DNA of 64,000 bases from contig CAWHAA010000005.1 of assembly GCA_963827275.1 (NCBI GenBank), positions 617,924 to 681,923 on the forward strand, read 5' to 3'. Each line of letters begins with the position of its first letter. Within the stretch, counting starts at the first letter, position 1. The notes beneath the pieces were generated by a model that was not told where the DNA came from, made no database searches, and saw only the letters and a program-made list of their open reading frames with translations. The position numbers and the translations under genes are program-made. Below are positions 9,669 through 18,396 of this stretch, one piece after another. Source of the stretch: an uncultured Spirochaetota bacterium. Lineage in GTDB: Bacteria; Spirochaetota; UBA4802; UBA5550.

Positions 9669-10577
9669 CTACCGCCGCTCCAGCGCCCTGAAGACGCAAG
9701 CATATTCGCCCTTCGCGTTCCAGGCGACCCACCCGCGCGCGCCGGTCGATTCCGCCCCGTCGATCTGGAGCGCAACGTAGCGCTCGAGGCCCACGCGGGC
9801 CCACCCTATGTTGTAGCCGAAGGCCTGGATGAAGGGCTGGACCGTGGCGCGGGTCCCTTTCACCCTCTCGAGCCCTCTGGCCGTCCCGTCCCGAACGGTC
9901 TCGCCGGGATTGGCCAGCCGGTCCCTGTCTCCGGTGAAATGGCTCGGGTAGAGCATGGGATAGATGACATCGGCATGTTTCGCGAAGTTTTCTATCTTCT
10001 GGCCGATGATGTCGTCGCGGTTGTACACGACCCTGCCGAAAAGGTCCGCGGAGAGCACGACCCCGCGCGCGTCTGCGATCCCGCGCGCGCGTTTCAGGAG
10101 CCGGTCCACGAAATCGTACTTCGCTGAAAGGGCATAGAACGGGGCGCCGTCGGGGAAGCGGATATAATCGAGCTGGACCTCGTCGAACCCGGCGGCCGCG
10201 GCCTCCTCGATCGTCGCGAAGAGGCGGTCCATCTGCTCCTCCGGCACCGGTAGCGATTTCAGCCCGTCCTGGAAGCAGACGACCCGCGCGGCGAGGTAGA
10301 TCCCCTCGCGTTTCAGGTACCCGATCACGTCGCGGTTCATCCTCGTGCGGGCTGACATGAAGGGCTGGACGTCCATGACAAGCATGTTGATGCCAAGGGG
10401 CTTCCCATCTTTCACCACCGCCCTGGCATAGTCCGGGCTGCAGGCCTGGCGGTTCGGCACGTACAGGCCGCGGAGCAGTCCCCGTCCCCCGCGCGGCGAC
10501 ATCCCCGCGGTCGAGCACGAGAGGCAGCCCATGGCGGCCGGGACAAGCAGGAGTATGATGACGCGCAGCCGGAGCAT
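9669..10577 (-). CDS. Putative glycoside-hydrolase-like TIM-barrel lipoprotein (GHL/DUF4015-type)
   Basis: Signal/lipobox MLRLRVIILLLVPAAMGCLSCS. It carries a motif I associate with uncharacterised GHL-family hydrolases: FDEVQLDYIRFPDG. The ATG at 10575-10577 lies 1 nt from the MFS transporter stop codon, indicating translational coupling. Confidence 0.5.
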   Translation of the reverse strand: MLRLRVIILLLVPAAMGCLSCSTAGMSPRGGRGLLRGLYVPNRQACSPDYARAVVKDGKPLGINMLVMDVQPFMSARTRMNRDVIGYLKREGIYLAARVVCFQDGLKSLPVPEEQMDRLFATIEEAAAAGFDEVQLDYIRFPDGAPFYALSAKYDFVDRLLKRARGIADARGVVLSADLFGRVVYNRDDIIGQKIENFAKHADVIYPMLYPSHFTGDRDRLANPGETVRDGTARGLERVKGTRATVQPFIQAFGYNIGWARVGLERYVALQIDGAESTGARGWVAWNAKGEYACVFRALERR

Positions 10578-10578
10578 A

Positions 10579-11910
10579 TCAGGACATCGACTTCGCCCGC
10601 GCCGCGAGCTTTTCACGGAGCGCTGCCTCGTCTTTCGGAAAAGACCAGAGCATGACAAGAAGGAATATGCCGCATACCACCCAGAAGAGGTTCGCTATAT
10701 TAAAGGCGGTGAGCCTTCCGAACCTGACGATAAAAAAGCTGATGATGACCGGGCCGAAGCCCTTGCCCAGGTTGTCCGTAAGGTTAAAAAGGGCGAAGAT
10801 GGAGCCGCGCGTCTCCGGCGTGTTCACGTTCAGGAGCATGGCTTTGACGTTCGGCCCGGTGATGGATATCAGGAAGCCGGTCACGAATCCGAGGGCCAGC
10901 GGTACCGCGACGTTCTGGTCGGCCGCGCCCGCGCTGCCCGGGTAATTGAGGAGGAGCGCCATGGGAATGATCCCTGCAAGGGTCGAGGCGCCGCACAGGA
11001 GCGGCAGGTATTTCGCCCCGATGTTGTACACCTTGTTCCCGAGCAGGCCGCCGATGAAGGCCCCCAGGATCGCGGCTCCGCCGATCACCATCACGATCAG
11101 GGTCGCCGCCTCCACCGAGAAGCCCTTGTCCTGGGAATAAAAATCATTCAGGTAGATAAAGAAGACGCCCCAGGGCACGGTGCCCGGGATGCCCTGGAGA
11201 AAGGCGAGGATATTGCTTTTGACCCTGAAAAGCTCCCGGTACTGTTTCCAGTTGATCCTGCCCGTATATGCCATCCCCTTCTCGATAAGGTCCCGGAGGC
11301 TCTCTTCCGTGATCCCGCGCGGCGGCTCCTTCACGCTGAACAGCATGAGGGCGCAGAGGAAAAAATTCGGTATGGCGACGATGATGAACGGGAGGCGCCA
11401 TCCCATTGCAGGCCCGATGAAGCCGGCCAGGAGCTGTCCCCCGGCGATGCCGAGTCCCTCGGCAAGGGCGATCCAGGCCGTCGCCGTGGCGCGGTTGCCG
11501 TGGGAAAAATAATCCCCGATCATCGAGTAGGTAAGCGGGATGGCGCCGCCGATGCCGATGCCCGTCAGCGCGCGGAGCCAGAAGAGCTGTTCGTAATTCT
11601 GCGCGAAGCCGGTCAGAAGGCAGGGGATCTCCCCGATGATAATGACTGCGATAAAGAGTTTTTTTCTCGGAACGAGGTCGGTCAGGTAACCGATGCCCAG
11701 CGTTATCAGGCTGCCGAGCACCCAGAACACCGCCGATATGTTTCCCCCGAGCATGACGTCACGCTGAACGTCATCGAGCCCCAGGTCGCGCGCGATCTGG
11801 GTCAGGTTGGGCGCCATGAGGTTCTGGTCGGCAAACAGGAACAGGTTCATGAGGGCCAGCAACATCACGGCATAGAGCTCTCTGCCGACAAACCGGGCCT
11901 TCTTGTCCAT
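10579..11910 (-). CDS. MFS transporter
   Basis: 443 aa, about 12 predicted transmembrane helices, typical MFS loop motifs (GYLTDLVPRKK). It sits in an operon between the GH13 and GHL genes. Confidence 0.8.
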   Translation of the reverse strand: MDKKARFVGRELYAVMLLALMNLFLFADQNLMAPNLTQIARDLGLDDVQRDVMLGGNISAVFWVLGSLITLGIGYLTDLVPRKKLFIAVIIIGEIPCLLTGFAQNYEQLFWLRALTGIGIGGAIPLTYSMIGDYFSHGNRATATAWIALAEGLGIAGGQLLAGFIGPAMGWRLPFIIVAIPNFFLCALMLFSVKEPPRGITEESLRDLIEKGMAYTGRINWKQYRELFRVKSNILAFLQGIPGTVPWGVFFIYLNDFYSQDKGFSVEAATLIVMVIGGAAILGAFIGGLLGNKVYNIGAKYLPLLCGASTLAGIIPMALLLNYPGSAGAADQNVAVPLALGFVTGFLISITGPNVKAMLLNVNTPETRGSIFALFNLTDNLGKGFGPVIISFFIVRFGRLTAFNIANLFWVVCGIFLLVMLWSFPKDEAALREKLAARAKSMS

Positions 11911-11998
11911 CGGAACACCTCCGCGTGCGTTTTCCGGATCATGGCACGGCGTCGGCCCTCTGTCAATTCTTTAACCGGGCCTCCTGCCCTGCGCGACG

Positions 11999-13666
11999 TT
12001 ATTCTTCCAGTATCAGCGCTTCATACGGTTCGATTTCAATCACGCTGCCCGGGTCCCCGCTCCTCCCGGCGGCGCTTGAGAGCACCACGCCCCCCGGCCG
12101 GAACCCATCAATGCGGAGCACCCTCTTTCTGCAGGAAAAATTCAGCGCCACGAGCAGGCACTCTCCGTCCCCTTCCCTGAAGAATGTCAGCACCTCCGGG
12201 TCCCCGCCGACAAACCGGAGGGAGCCGCGCTGGAGCGCCGGCCGCTTCTTTCGAAGCGCGATCAGCTCACGGTAGAAGCAGAGGAGGGAGCCCGGTTCGC
12301 CCATCTGCGCCGCGACATTCGCTTCCCGATAGTTATCGGTGACCGGGAGCCATGGATCAGAAAGGGAAAAGCCGGCATTGGGCCCCGCCGACCACTGCAT
12401 CGGCGTGCGCTCCGGGTCGCGCCCTCTATAGAAAGGCCAGTACTTCTTCCCGACCGGGTCCTGTATCCTGCGGCGTGGCACGCGCCCGTTCTTCATGCCG
12501 ATCTCCTCGCCGTAGTAGAGAAATGGCGTGCCGCGCGCCGTGAAGAGCAGGGCCGCAAGCACCTTCGCTTTTTTCACCCCGTACCTGTCGCGGCACCACC
12601 GGGTCATGCTGCGCGGCTGGTCGTGGTTATTGAGCACAAGGCTCGGCCATCCCCCGGCCGGGATCGCGGCGTACCAGCGCAGGAGACACTCGCGGAAGCG
12701 GGCCGCGCCGTACTTCGAAAAGAGGAGTGAAAAGTCAAACGCGAGGTGCAGCTCATCCGTGCCGCTGCCAAGGTACGACGCGGCTGTCTTCACGCCGCCC
12801 GGCGACGCTTCGTAGGTCTCTCCAACCATCATGCGATTATCATACTCGTCCAGAACCTTCCGCAGCTCCCGCAGCACGCCGTGGGTCTCCGGCCTGTTCT
12901 GGTCATACACGTGCTTCTGTAAATCGTAGGGCCGGGGTGCGTTGGGGCCCCAGCCGAACGGGTTGCTGCGGAACCGGTCGTCCTTGACGAGCCAGACGAC
13001 CGCGTCGAGGCGGAAGCCGTCAACGCCCCGGTCGAGCCAGTAGCGTATCTCGCCGAACACCGCGTCGCGGAGCGCCGGGGTGCGCCAGTTCAGGTCAGGC
13101 TGCTCCTTCAAGAATGAATGAAGATAATACTGCCGGGTCGTATCGTCCCATTCCCACGCCCTGCCGCCGAAGGCCGCCATCCAGTTGTTGGGCGGCCTCC
13201 CCCTTTTCCCGTCATGCCAGATGTACCAGTCCCGCCTGGGATTGTCCCGCGAAGCACGGGACTCGACAAACCAGGGGTGCAGGTGCGACGTGTGGTTGAT
13301 CACCAGGTCCATGACGATCTTTATCCCGCGCCGGTGCCCTTCGCGTATCAGGCGGTCAAAATCCTCATCGGTCCCGAACACCGGGTCGATGCCGCGGTAA
13401 TCGGAGATGTCGTATCCGAAGTCGAACATGGGAGAGGTGTTGATCGGCGAAAGCCAGATCGCGTCGATCCCGAGCCATGACAGGTAATCGAGCTTTTCAA
13501 TAATACCGGGGAGATCGCCCACACCGTCGCCGCTGGCGTCATAAAAGCTCCTCGGATAGATCTGGTAGATGGTGCCGTGCTTCCACCAGGTGAATTCGCC
13601 TGAATGCCGCATACTCTGACCCCCGGACATGTTTGGTGTACCATACGTTGAATCTCTTCCCTTCAT
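11999..13666 (-). CDS. GH13 alpha-glucosidase / oligo-1,6-glucosidase family enzyme
   Basis: 555 aa. N-terminal WWKHGTIYQIYPRSFYDASGDGVGDLPGIIEKLDYLSWLGIDAIWLSPI is the canonical GH13 oligo-1,6-glucosidase / trehalose-6-P hydrolase start. Catalytic regions GFRLDAV, EL..VGE and NHD are present. Confidence 0.85.
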   Translation of the reverse strand: MKGRDSTYGTPNMSGGQSMRHSGEFTWWKHGTIYQIYPRSFYDASGDGVGDLPGIIEKLDYLSWLGIDAIWLSPINTSPMFDFGYDISDYRGIDPVFGTDEDFDRLIREGHRRGIKIVMDLVINHTSHLHPWFVESRASRDNPRRDWYIWHDGKRGRPPNNWMAAFGGRAWEWDDTTRQYYLHSFLKEQPDLNWRTPALRDAVFGEIRYWLDRGVDGFRLDAVVWLVKDDRFRSNPFGWGPNAPRPYDLQKHVYDQNRPETHGVLRELRKVLDEYDNRMMVGETYEASPGGVKTAASYLGSGTDELHLAFDFSLLFSKYGAARFRECLLRWYAAIPAGGWPSLVLNNHDQPRSMTRWCRDRYGVKKAKVLAALLFTARGTPFLYYGEEIGMKNGRVPRRRIQDPVGKKYWPFYRGRDPERTPMQWSAGPNAGFSLSDPWLPVTDNYREANVAAQMGEPGSLLCFYRELIALRKKRPALQRGSLRFVGGDPEVLTFFREGDGECLLVALNFSCRKRVLRIDGFRPGGVVLSSAAGRSGDPGSVIEIEPYEALILEE

Positions 13667-13869
13667 CTATAACCATGCATCACATCGGCTCACCGGGTAT
13701 ATATTTCATGTGTGATAGCATGGAAAACGGGCAAATGCAATACTAATTTGCCTGAAAAATCATCAAAATCTCTTAAAAAAACCCTGTATATCCCGTGTAA
13801 AAAAATTATCACCCGCACGGAAAAGATTTACCAGAATTATACCCTAACCCTAAGGGGGTCAGAGTAACC

Positions 13870-14016
13870 ATGCCACCGATAACTATCGCCCCAACAGGGA
13901 TCAGAGCAGCCATTCCACCGATAACTATCGCCCCAACAGGGATCAGCGCAACCATGCCACCGATAACTATCGGCCCAACAGAGGCCAGAGCAGCCATGCC
14001 ACCGATAACTATCGGG
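13870..14016. repeat. 3.5 tandem copies of a 42-bp unit, each carrying the inverted repeat CCGATAACTATCG(G)
   Basis: Units at 13870-13911, 13912-13953 and 13954-13995, plus a partial unit 13996-14016: ATGCCACCGATAACTATCGCCCCAACAGGGATCAGAGCAGCC and its variants. Both strands keep open frames (+: MPPITIAPTGIRAA x3; -: GAIVIGGMAALIPV x3), which is typical of non-coding low-complexity repeats. GGGGGTCAGAGTAA sits immediately upstream at 13855-13867. Confidence 0.8.
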
Positions 14017-14118
14017 CTGAAGCATGATCACTGCCAGCAATGTCAGAAAATTTTTTATCATCCGCCTCCCCTGTTCGTATACACAATAGCACCAAACCAG
14101 AAGCCAGAGGCTATTCCA

Positions 14119-14673
14119 ATGAATGAAATTATACCGGCCGAGACGATTATGCAAAAAATTTATATTATCAGGGGCAAGAAGGTGATGATAGACAGGGACC
14201 TTGCCGGGTTGTATGATATTGAGACAAAGCGGCTCAAAGAGCAGGTTAAACGAAACATCAACAGGTTCCCGGAAGACTTCATGTTTGAACTGAGTTATAA
14301 TGAGTTTGAGCACTTGAGGTCGCATATTGCGACCTCAAGATGGGGCGGCACGCGATATGCTCCCATGGCCTTTACTGAACAGGGGGTCGCCATGCTTTCG
14401 AGCGTTTTGAATAGTCCGCGCGCCATTCAGGTTAACATTCAGATTATCAGGGCTTTCGTGCATCTCCGCCGGATGATCTCCTCCAGCGACGATCTACGAA
14501 AGAAAATCGAAGAAATGGAAAAGAGATACGACAAACAGTTCAAGATTGTTTTTGATGCGCTGCGGGAATTGCTCAGGGATGAACCAAATCCAAAAAAAGA
14601 AGATCGGGTTTTAGCGAGCGGCTACAGCGCATGCTTGCGTGCGAAGGCGATCCTCTTTTTTATCGAGGGGTGA
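14119..14673 (+). CDS. ORF6N-domain protein (KilA-N-related, phage antirepressor-like DNA-binding domain)
   Basis: IYIIRGKKVMIDRDLAGLYDIETKRLKEQVKRNINRFPEDFMFELSYNEFEHLRSHIATSRWGGTRYAPMAFTEQGVAMLSSVLNSPRAIQVNIQIIRAFVHLRRM matches the ORF6N-domain consensus. The ORF track extends the frame back to 13870 through the tandem repeat. An internal ATG at 14119 (MNEIIP...) or 14149 is the more plausible start. Confidence 0.75.
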   Translation: MNEIIPAETIMQKIYIIRGKKVMIDRDLAGLYDIETKRLKEQVKRNINRFPEDFMFELSYNEFEHLRSHIATSRWGGTRYAPMAFTEQGVAMLSSVLNSPRAIQVNIQIIRAFVHLRRMISSSDDLRKKIEEMEKRYDKQFKIVFDALRELLRDEPNPKKEDRVLASGYSACLRAKAILFFIEG

Positions 14674-15767
14674 CTGTAGAACATGAACTCGGTCACCGGG
14701 TTCGGGTCACGGTCCGCGAGGTTCATCTCGGCCAGCTTTTCCATGGTCGAGATAAAGGCGTCCCGGTCGCGCGTGGCATCGAGCGCGTAGCGGTCCGCTT
14801 CCCGCTCGTACCTGCGCGACAGGGCGTTCGAGAGGGGCATGGTGACCAGGCTGAAAAGGGTCAGGTAGAAAAGCAGCACGGGGATGGCGGCGACATCATA
14901 CACGTGCGTGTAGCCGAGGTACCCGAGGGTGTAGCGGTAGAGCTCGCCGCACAGGAAAAAAGAGAGGAAGATGCTGGCGCTCCCCAGCACGATAGACTTC
15001 ACGATGTGCCGCTTCCGGTAGTGCCCCATCTCGTGGGCAAAGACCACGGCGATCTCATCCGGCGTGAAGCGCTCGATCAGGGTGTCGCTCAGTATGATCC
15101 GCTTGCTCCTGCCGATGCCCGTGAATCCCGCGTTGGCCTTTTTCGTGTCCTTGCTCAGGTTGAACGAGTAGATCCCGCTGATGCTGATGCCCTGGCCCTC
15201 GAGCAGGCGCTCGATCCGGTCCCGTATCCCGTCCGATTCGAGGGGGCGGAACTTGTAGAAGATGGGGAATATGACCACCGGGGCGATCCGGGCCATGAAC
15301 ACGGAGATGAAGAAAATGAACACGCTGAACCAGAGCCACCAGAGCCAGCCGGTCATCTTTAAGAATACATAAAATACCACCGCGACCGGCAGACCAATGA
15401 CTACGCTTATCGCCGCCCCCTTGATCTTCTCGATGAGCCAGGCGGCCACGGTCTGGTTCGAGAGTCCGAACCGGTGCTCCACGATGTAACCGCCGTAAAA
15501 ATCGAAAGGGAAATCGATGAGTGAATAGAGGGCGCCGGTAACCGCGACGAAGCCGAGGAAGACCAGGTAATCATTGGCGACAACCCCGGACACGGCCCCG
15601 GCGATCAGGGGGGAGATCCCGCTGAAGGCCAGGAGCGCTATGATGACGATATTGAGCAGTATCCCGGCTATGGAAAGGCGCAGCTTGATTGTATTATACG
15701 CTTTTTCGCGGGGATGTTTTATTGTTTCTTCGGAGGGTTCAACCATTAAAGGGCTCCAGATATTCAT
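14622..15767 (-). CDS. M48 family (Ste24/HtpX-like) integral-membrane zinc metalloprotease
   Basis: 381 aa. Multiple N-terminal transmembrane helices followed by the HEXXH motif VVFAHEMGHYRKRHIV and a downstream Glu (NALSRRYEREADRYAL), which is the M48 architecture. Its 3' end overlaps the ORF6N gene by 52 bp. Confidence 0.75.
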   Translation of the reverse strand: MNIWSPLMVEPSEETIKHPREKAYNTIKLRLSIAGILLNIVIIALLAFSGISPLIAGAVSGVVANDYLVFLGFVAVTGALYSLIDFPFDFYGGYIVEHRFGLSNQTVAAWLIEKIKGAAISVVIGLPVAVVFYVFLKMTGWLWWLWFSVFIFFISVFMARIAPVVIFPIFYKFRPLESDGIRDRIERLLEGQGISISGIYSFNLSKDTKKANAGFTGIGRSKRIILSDTLIERFTPDEIAVVFAHEMGHYRKRHIVKSIVLGSASIFLSFFLCGELYRYTLGYLGYTHVYDVAAIPVLLFYLTLFSLVTMPLSNALSRRYEREADRYALDATRDRDAFISTMEKLAEMNLADRDPNPVTEFMFYSHPSIKKRIAFARKHAL

Positions 15768-15798
15768 AAAGGCGGGGTCACGTGACCCCGCCTTTATA

Positions 15799-16378
15799 TT
15801 ACGCCGTTGCCTTATACTCCCTGCCCATGCTGAAGGCCTTGAGGTTCATGTCGAGGAACTTCTCCTTGACCAGGGACCTGATGGCCGCCTCCCACTGCTC
15901 CTCGGTAAACTCGAGGTCTTTCGAAAGGATGCCGAGCATGACGATGTTCAGCGCCTTTTTGGTGCCGATCTCTTTCAAAATCGGCCCGGTGTCGACAAAG
16001 ACGGCCTTCTTCACGTTCTTCCCGACCCACTCCTCAATGTCGGACGGATATTTCATCGTCCCGGTCTCGCACCGGCGCCGGATTGACCTGCTCGCGGTTG
16101 ACGATCAGCTTTCCGTCGGGGGCGAGGTAGTCGAGCTTCCTCAGCACTTCCAGGGTCTCCAGGCTCACGATGAAATCGGCCTCCTCCCTCGGGATGAGCG
16201 GGGAATAGACCTTCTCCCCGTACCGGACGTTGCAGTCAACGCTGCCGCCCCGCTGCGCCATGCCGTGCACCTCTGATTCCTTCACGTCGTACCCGGCGTT
16301 CATGGCCACTTCCATCAGTATCTTGCTGGCCAGGATGACGCCCTGGCCGCCGACCCCGGCGAATATCACGTTCTTCAT
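15799..16378 (-). CDS. iorB: Indolepyruvate ferredoxin oxidoreductase beta subunit; apparent single-base frame shift near 16056-16075
   Basis: N-terminal ORF (16378..16034): MKNVIFAGVGGQGVILASKILMEVAMNAGYDVKESEVHGMAQRGGSV...LIVNREQVNPAPV. The C-terminal part continues in another frame (16056..15799): KYPSDIEEW...KALNIVMLGILS...AFSMGREY. The two pieces match IorB N- and C-terminal halves. Confidence 0.8.
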
Positions 16379-16388
16379 GCCCTGCTCC

Positions 16389-17951
16389 TTACTTCATCAG
16401 AATGCATTTTCTCTTCGATATGATGACCGACGGCTCGGGCGCGGCCACCTCTTCGCGTACGATGCGCTCGAACTCGTCCATGTCCTTCGGGTCGGTCACC
16501 ACGACCCGCTTCACGCCGCAGGCCCTGACCAGCATTTCGAGGTCGAGCGCGTGGGTCTCTTCTCCCATCAGGGTCTTTCCCGTGGCAGGGTGGTCCTGGT
16601 GGCCGGTCATCGCCGTCCCCCGGTTGTCCAGGATGATGACCGTGCCGGTCCCCCGGTTATAGACCAGGTCGATGAGGGGGGTGATGCCGGAATGGACGAA
16701 GGTTGAATCGCCGATGACGGCCACGCTTCTGCGCGCCATTTCCGGGCCGTGCGCCTTCTCCATGCCGAGGTGCATGCCGATGCCGGCGCCCATGCACCCC
16801 TGGGTGTGCATCGCCGAATAGGGCGGGAGGGCCGCCAGGGTATAACAGCCGATGTCGCCGTTCACGTGCAGGTCGAGCTTCCCGAGCACCGTGAACACGA
16901 AGCCGTGCGGGCACCCCTTGCAGAGCGCCGGCGGCCGCGGCGGGATCGGCTCGGACTCGTATTTCGCGTATTTACCCGGGTGCGCCCTGCCGTTCAGCGC
17001 CTGGTCAACGATCTCCGGCGAGAGCTCGAAGCATATCGGGATGATCTCCTTGCCGGTGCAGGGGATACCGAGGGCCTTGACATAGTCCTCGATGAACGGG
17101 TCAAGCTCCTCCACCACGTACAGCTCCTTGACGCCTGCCGCGAACTCGCGGATCAGCTCGTCGGGCATCGGCCACACCATGCCGATCTTGAGCACGGAGT
17201 CGTCCGGGCAGGTCTCCTTCACGTACTGGTAGGCCACGCCGTCGGTGATGATGCCCCGCTTCCTGCTCTTGCCCCACTCGATGCGGTTGAGCCCGCTCGT
17301 GTTGGAATACTCCTTCAGCTTCTTCTGCTGTTCCTCGATGAACACGTGGCGCGGCCGCGCATGCACCGGCAGCATTACGTATTTCTTGAAATTGCGTTCA
17401 AAGGGCTTCACCGGCACGTTTTGTTTCGGTTCGATCTCCACGATTCCCTGCGAGTGGGCGATCCGCGTGGTGATCCGGACGATCACCGGCCTGTCGAATT
17501 TCTCCGAAATATCGAACGCGAGCTTCGTGAAGTCCTTGCACTCCTGGGGGCTCGACGGCTCGACCATGGGCACTTTCGCGGCGCGCGCAATGTGCCGGTT
17601 GTCCTGTTCGTTCTGCGAGCTCCACGCGCTCGGGTCGTCGGCGTTGATGATGACGAAGCCGCCGTTCACGCCGGTGTAGGAAAAGGTAAAGAGCGGGTCC
17701 GCCGCAACGTTCAGTCCGACGTGCTTCATGGCCGCCAGCGCCCTCGCCCCGGCGACCGAGGCGCCCGCCGCCACCTCGAGGGCCACCTTCTCGTTGGGCG
17801 ACCACTGCGACTTGATGTCGCGGTACTCCCGCGCGATGGTTTCCAGGATCTCGGTGCTCGGCGTTCCGGGATACGCGGTGGCAACATGGCACCCGGCCTC
17901 GTACGCTCCCCGCGCGATGGCCTCGTTGCCCAGCAGAACCTTCTTTTCCAT
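16389..17951 (-). CDS. iorA: Indolepyruvate ferredoxin oxidoreductase alpha subunit (TPP-dependent)
   Basis: 520 aa. MEKKVLLGNEAIARGAYEAGCHVATAYPGTPSTEILETI is the IorA N-terminus. A TPP-binding region (GDIGCYTL...GDSTF) and a Cys cluster (CKGCPHG) are present. Confidence 0.85.
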   Translation of the reverse strand: MEKKVLLGNEAIARGAYEAGCHVATAYPGTPSTEILETIAREYRDIKSQWSPNEKVALEVAAGASVAGARALAAMKHVGLNVAADPLFTFSYTGVNGGFVIINADDPSAWSSQNEQDNRHIARAAKVPMVEPSSPQECKDFTKLAFDISEKFDRPVIVRITTRIAHSQGIVEIEPKQNVPVKPFERNFKKYVMLPVHARPRHVFIEEQQKKLKEYSNTSGLNRIEWGKSRKRGIITDGVAYQYVKETCPDDSVLKIGMVWPMPDELIREFAAGVKELYVVEELDPFIEDYVKALGIPCTGKEIIPICFELSPEIVDQALNGRAHPGKYAKYESEPIPPRPPALCKGCPHGFVFTVLGKLDLHVNGDIGCYTLAALPPYSAMHTQGCMGAGIGMHLGMEKAHGPEMARRSVAVIGDSTFVHSGITPLIDLVYNRGTGTVIILDNRGTAMTGHQDHPATGKTLMGEETHALDLEMLVRACGVKRVVVTDPKDMDEFERIVREEVAAPEPSVIISKRKCILMK

Positions 17952-17952
17952 G

Positions 17953-18384
17953 TTATTCCCCTATAATATCTATCTTCTTAACGATCTGGTACCCTTCCTG
18001 CATCAGGGCCTTTTTTGCCGCCTCGATGTCATCGAAGCGGAAAATCATGACCGCCCTGTCGCCGCGCTTCTCCGTGAAGGCATACATGTACTCTATGTTG
18101 AGCCCCTTCTTGGAGAAGGCCTCGATGGCGCGGAGGAGCGAGCCCGGGGTATCGTCGATCTCTACGGCGAGGACCTCCGTGGTGGAGCAGGTGAAGTGCG
18201 ATTCGTTCAGCGCCTTTTTCGCCTTGTCCGCGTCGTTCACGATCATCCGGAGTATGCCGAAATCAGAGGTCTCGGCAATGGTCAGGGTAATGATATTGAT
18301 ATTCGCATCGGCAAGTTTTTTCAATACGCCCTGCAGATGCCCCGGTTTGTTTTCCATGAATACTGAGAGTTGTGTTACGTTCAT
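17953..18384 (-). CDS. ACT domain protein (partner of phenylacetate-CoA ligase/Ior clusters)
   Basis: 143 aa with two ACT-like halves (QLSVFMENKPGHLQGVLKKLADANINIITL ... MYAFTEKRGDRAVMIFRFDDIE). Gene order paaK-ACT-iorA-iorB is conserved. Confidence 0.75.
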   Translation of the reverse strand: MNVTQLSVFMENKPGHLQGVLKKLADANINIITLTIAETSDFGILRMIVNDADKAKKALNESHFTCSTTEVLAVEIDDTPGSLLRAIEAFSKKGLNIEYMYAFTEKRGDRAVMIFRFDDIEAAKKALMQEGYQIVKKIDIIGE

Positions 18385-18396
18385 TGTATGCCTCCG

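Noticed and set aside
13870-14016. 42-bp tandem repeats considered as a CRISPR array
   Set aside because: The sequence between the conserved inverted-repeat cores is itself conserved from unit to unit, so there are no unique spacers. The unit length (42) matches neither repeat nor spacer conventions. No cas genes are nearby. It is a simple tandem repeat.
13870-14118. N-terminal 83 codons (MPPITIAPTGIRAA x3...) as a genuine coding extension of the ORF6N protein
   Set aside because: Both strands are open across the repeat, composition is low-complexity, and ORF6N proteins normally begin right at the conserved IY.IRG..VM.D motif. An internal ATG with a plausible spacer exists at 14119. A GGGGG ribosome-binding site does precede the ATG at 13870, so this rejection is not absolute.
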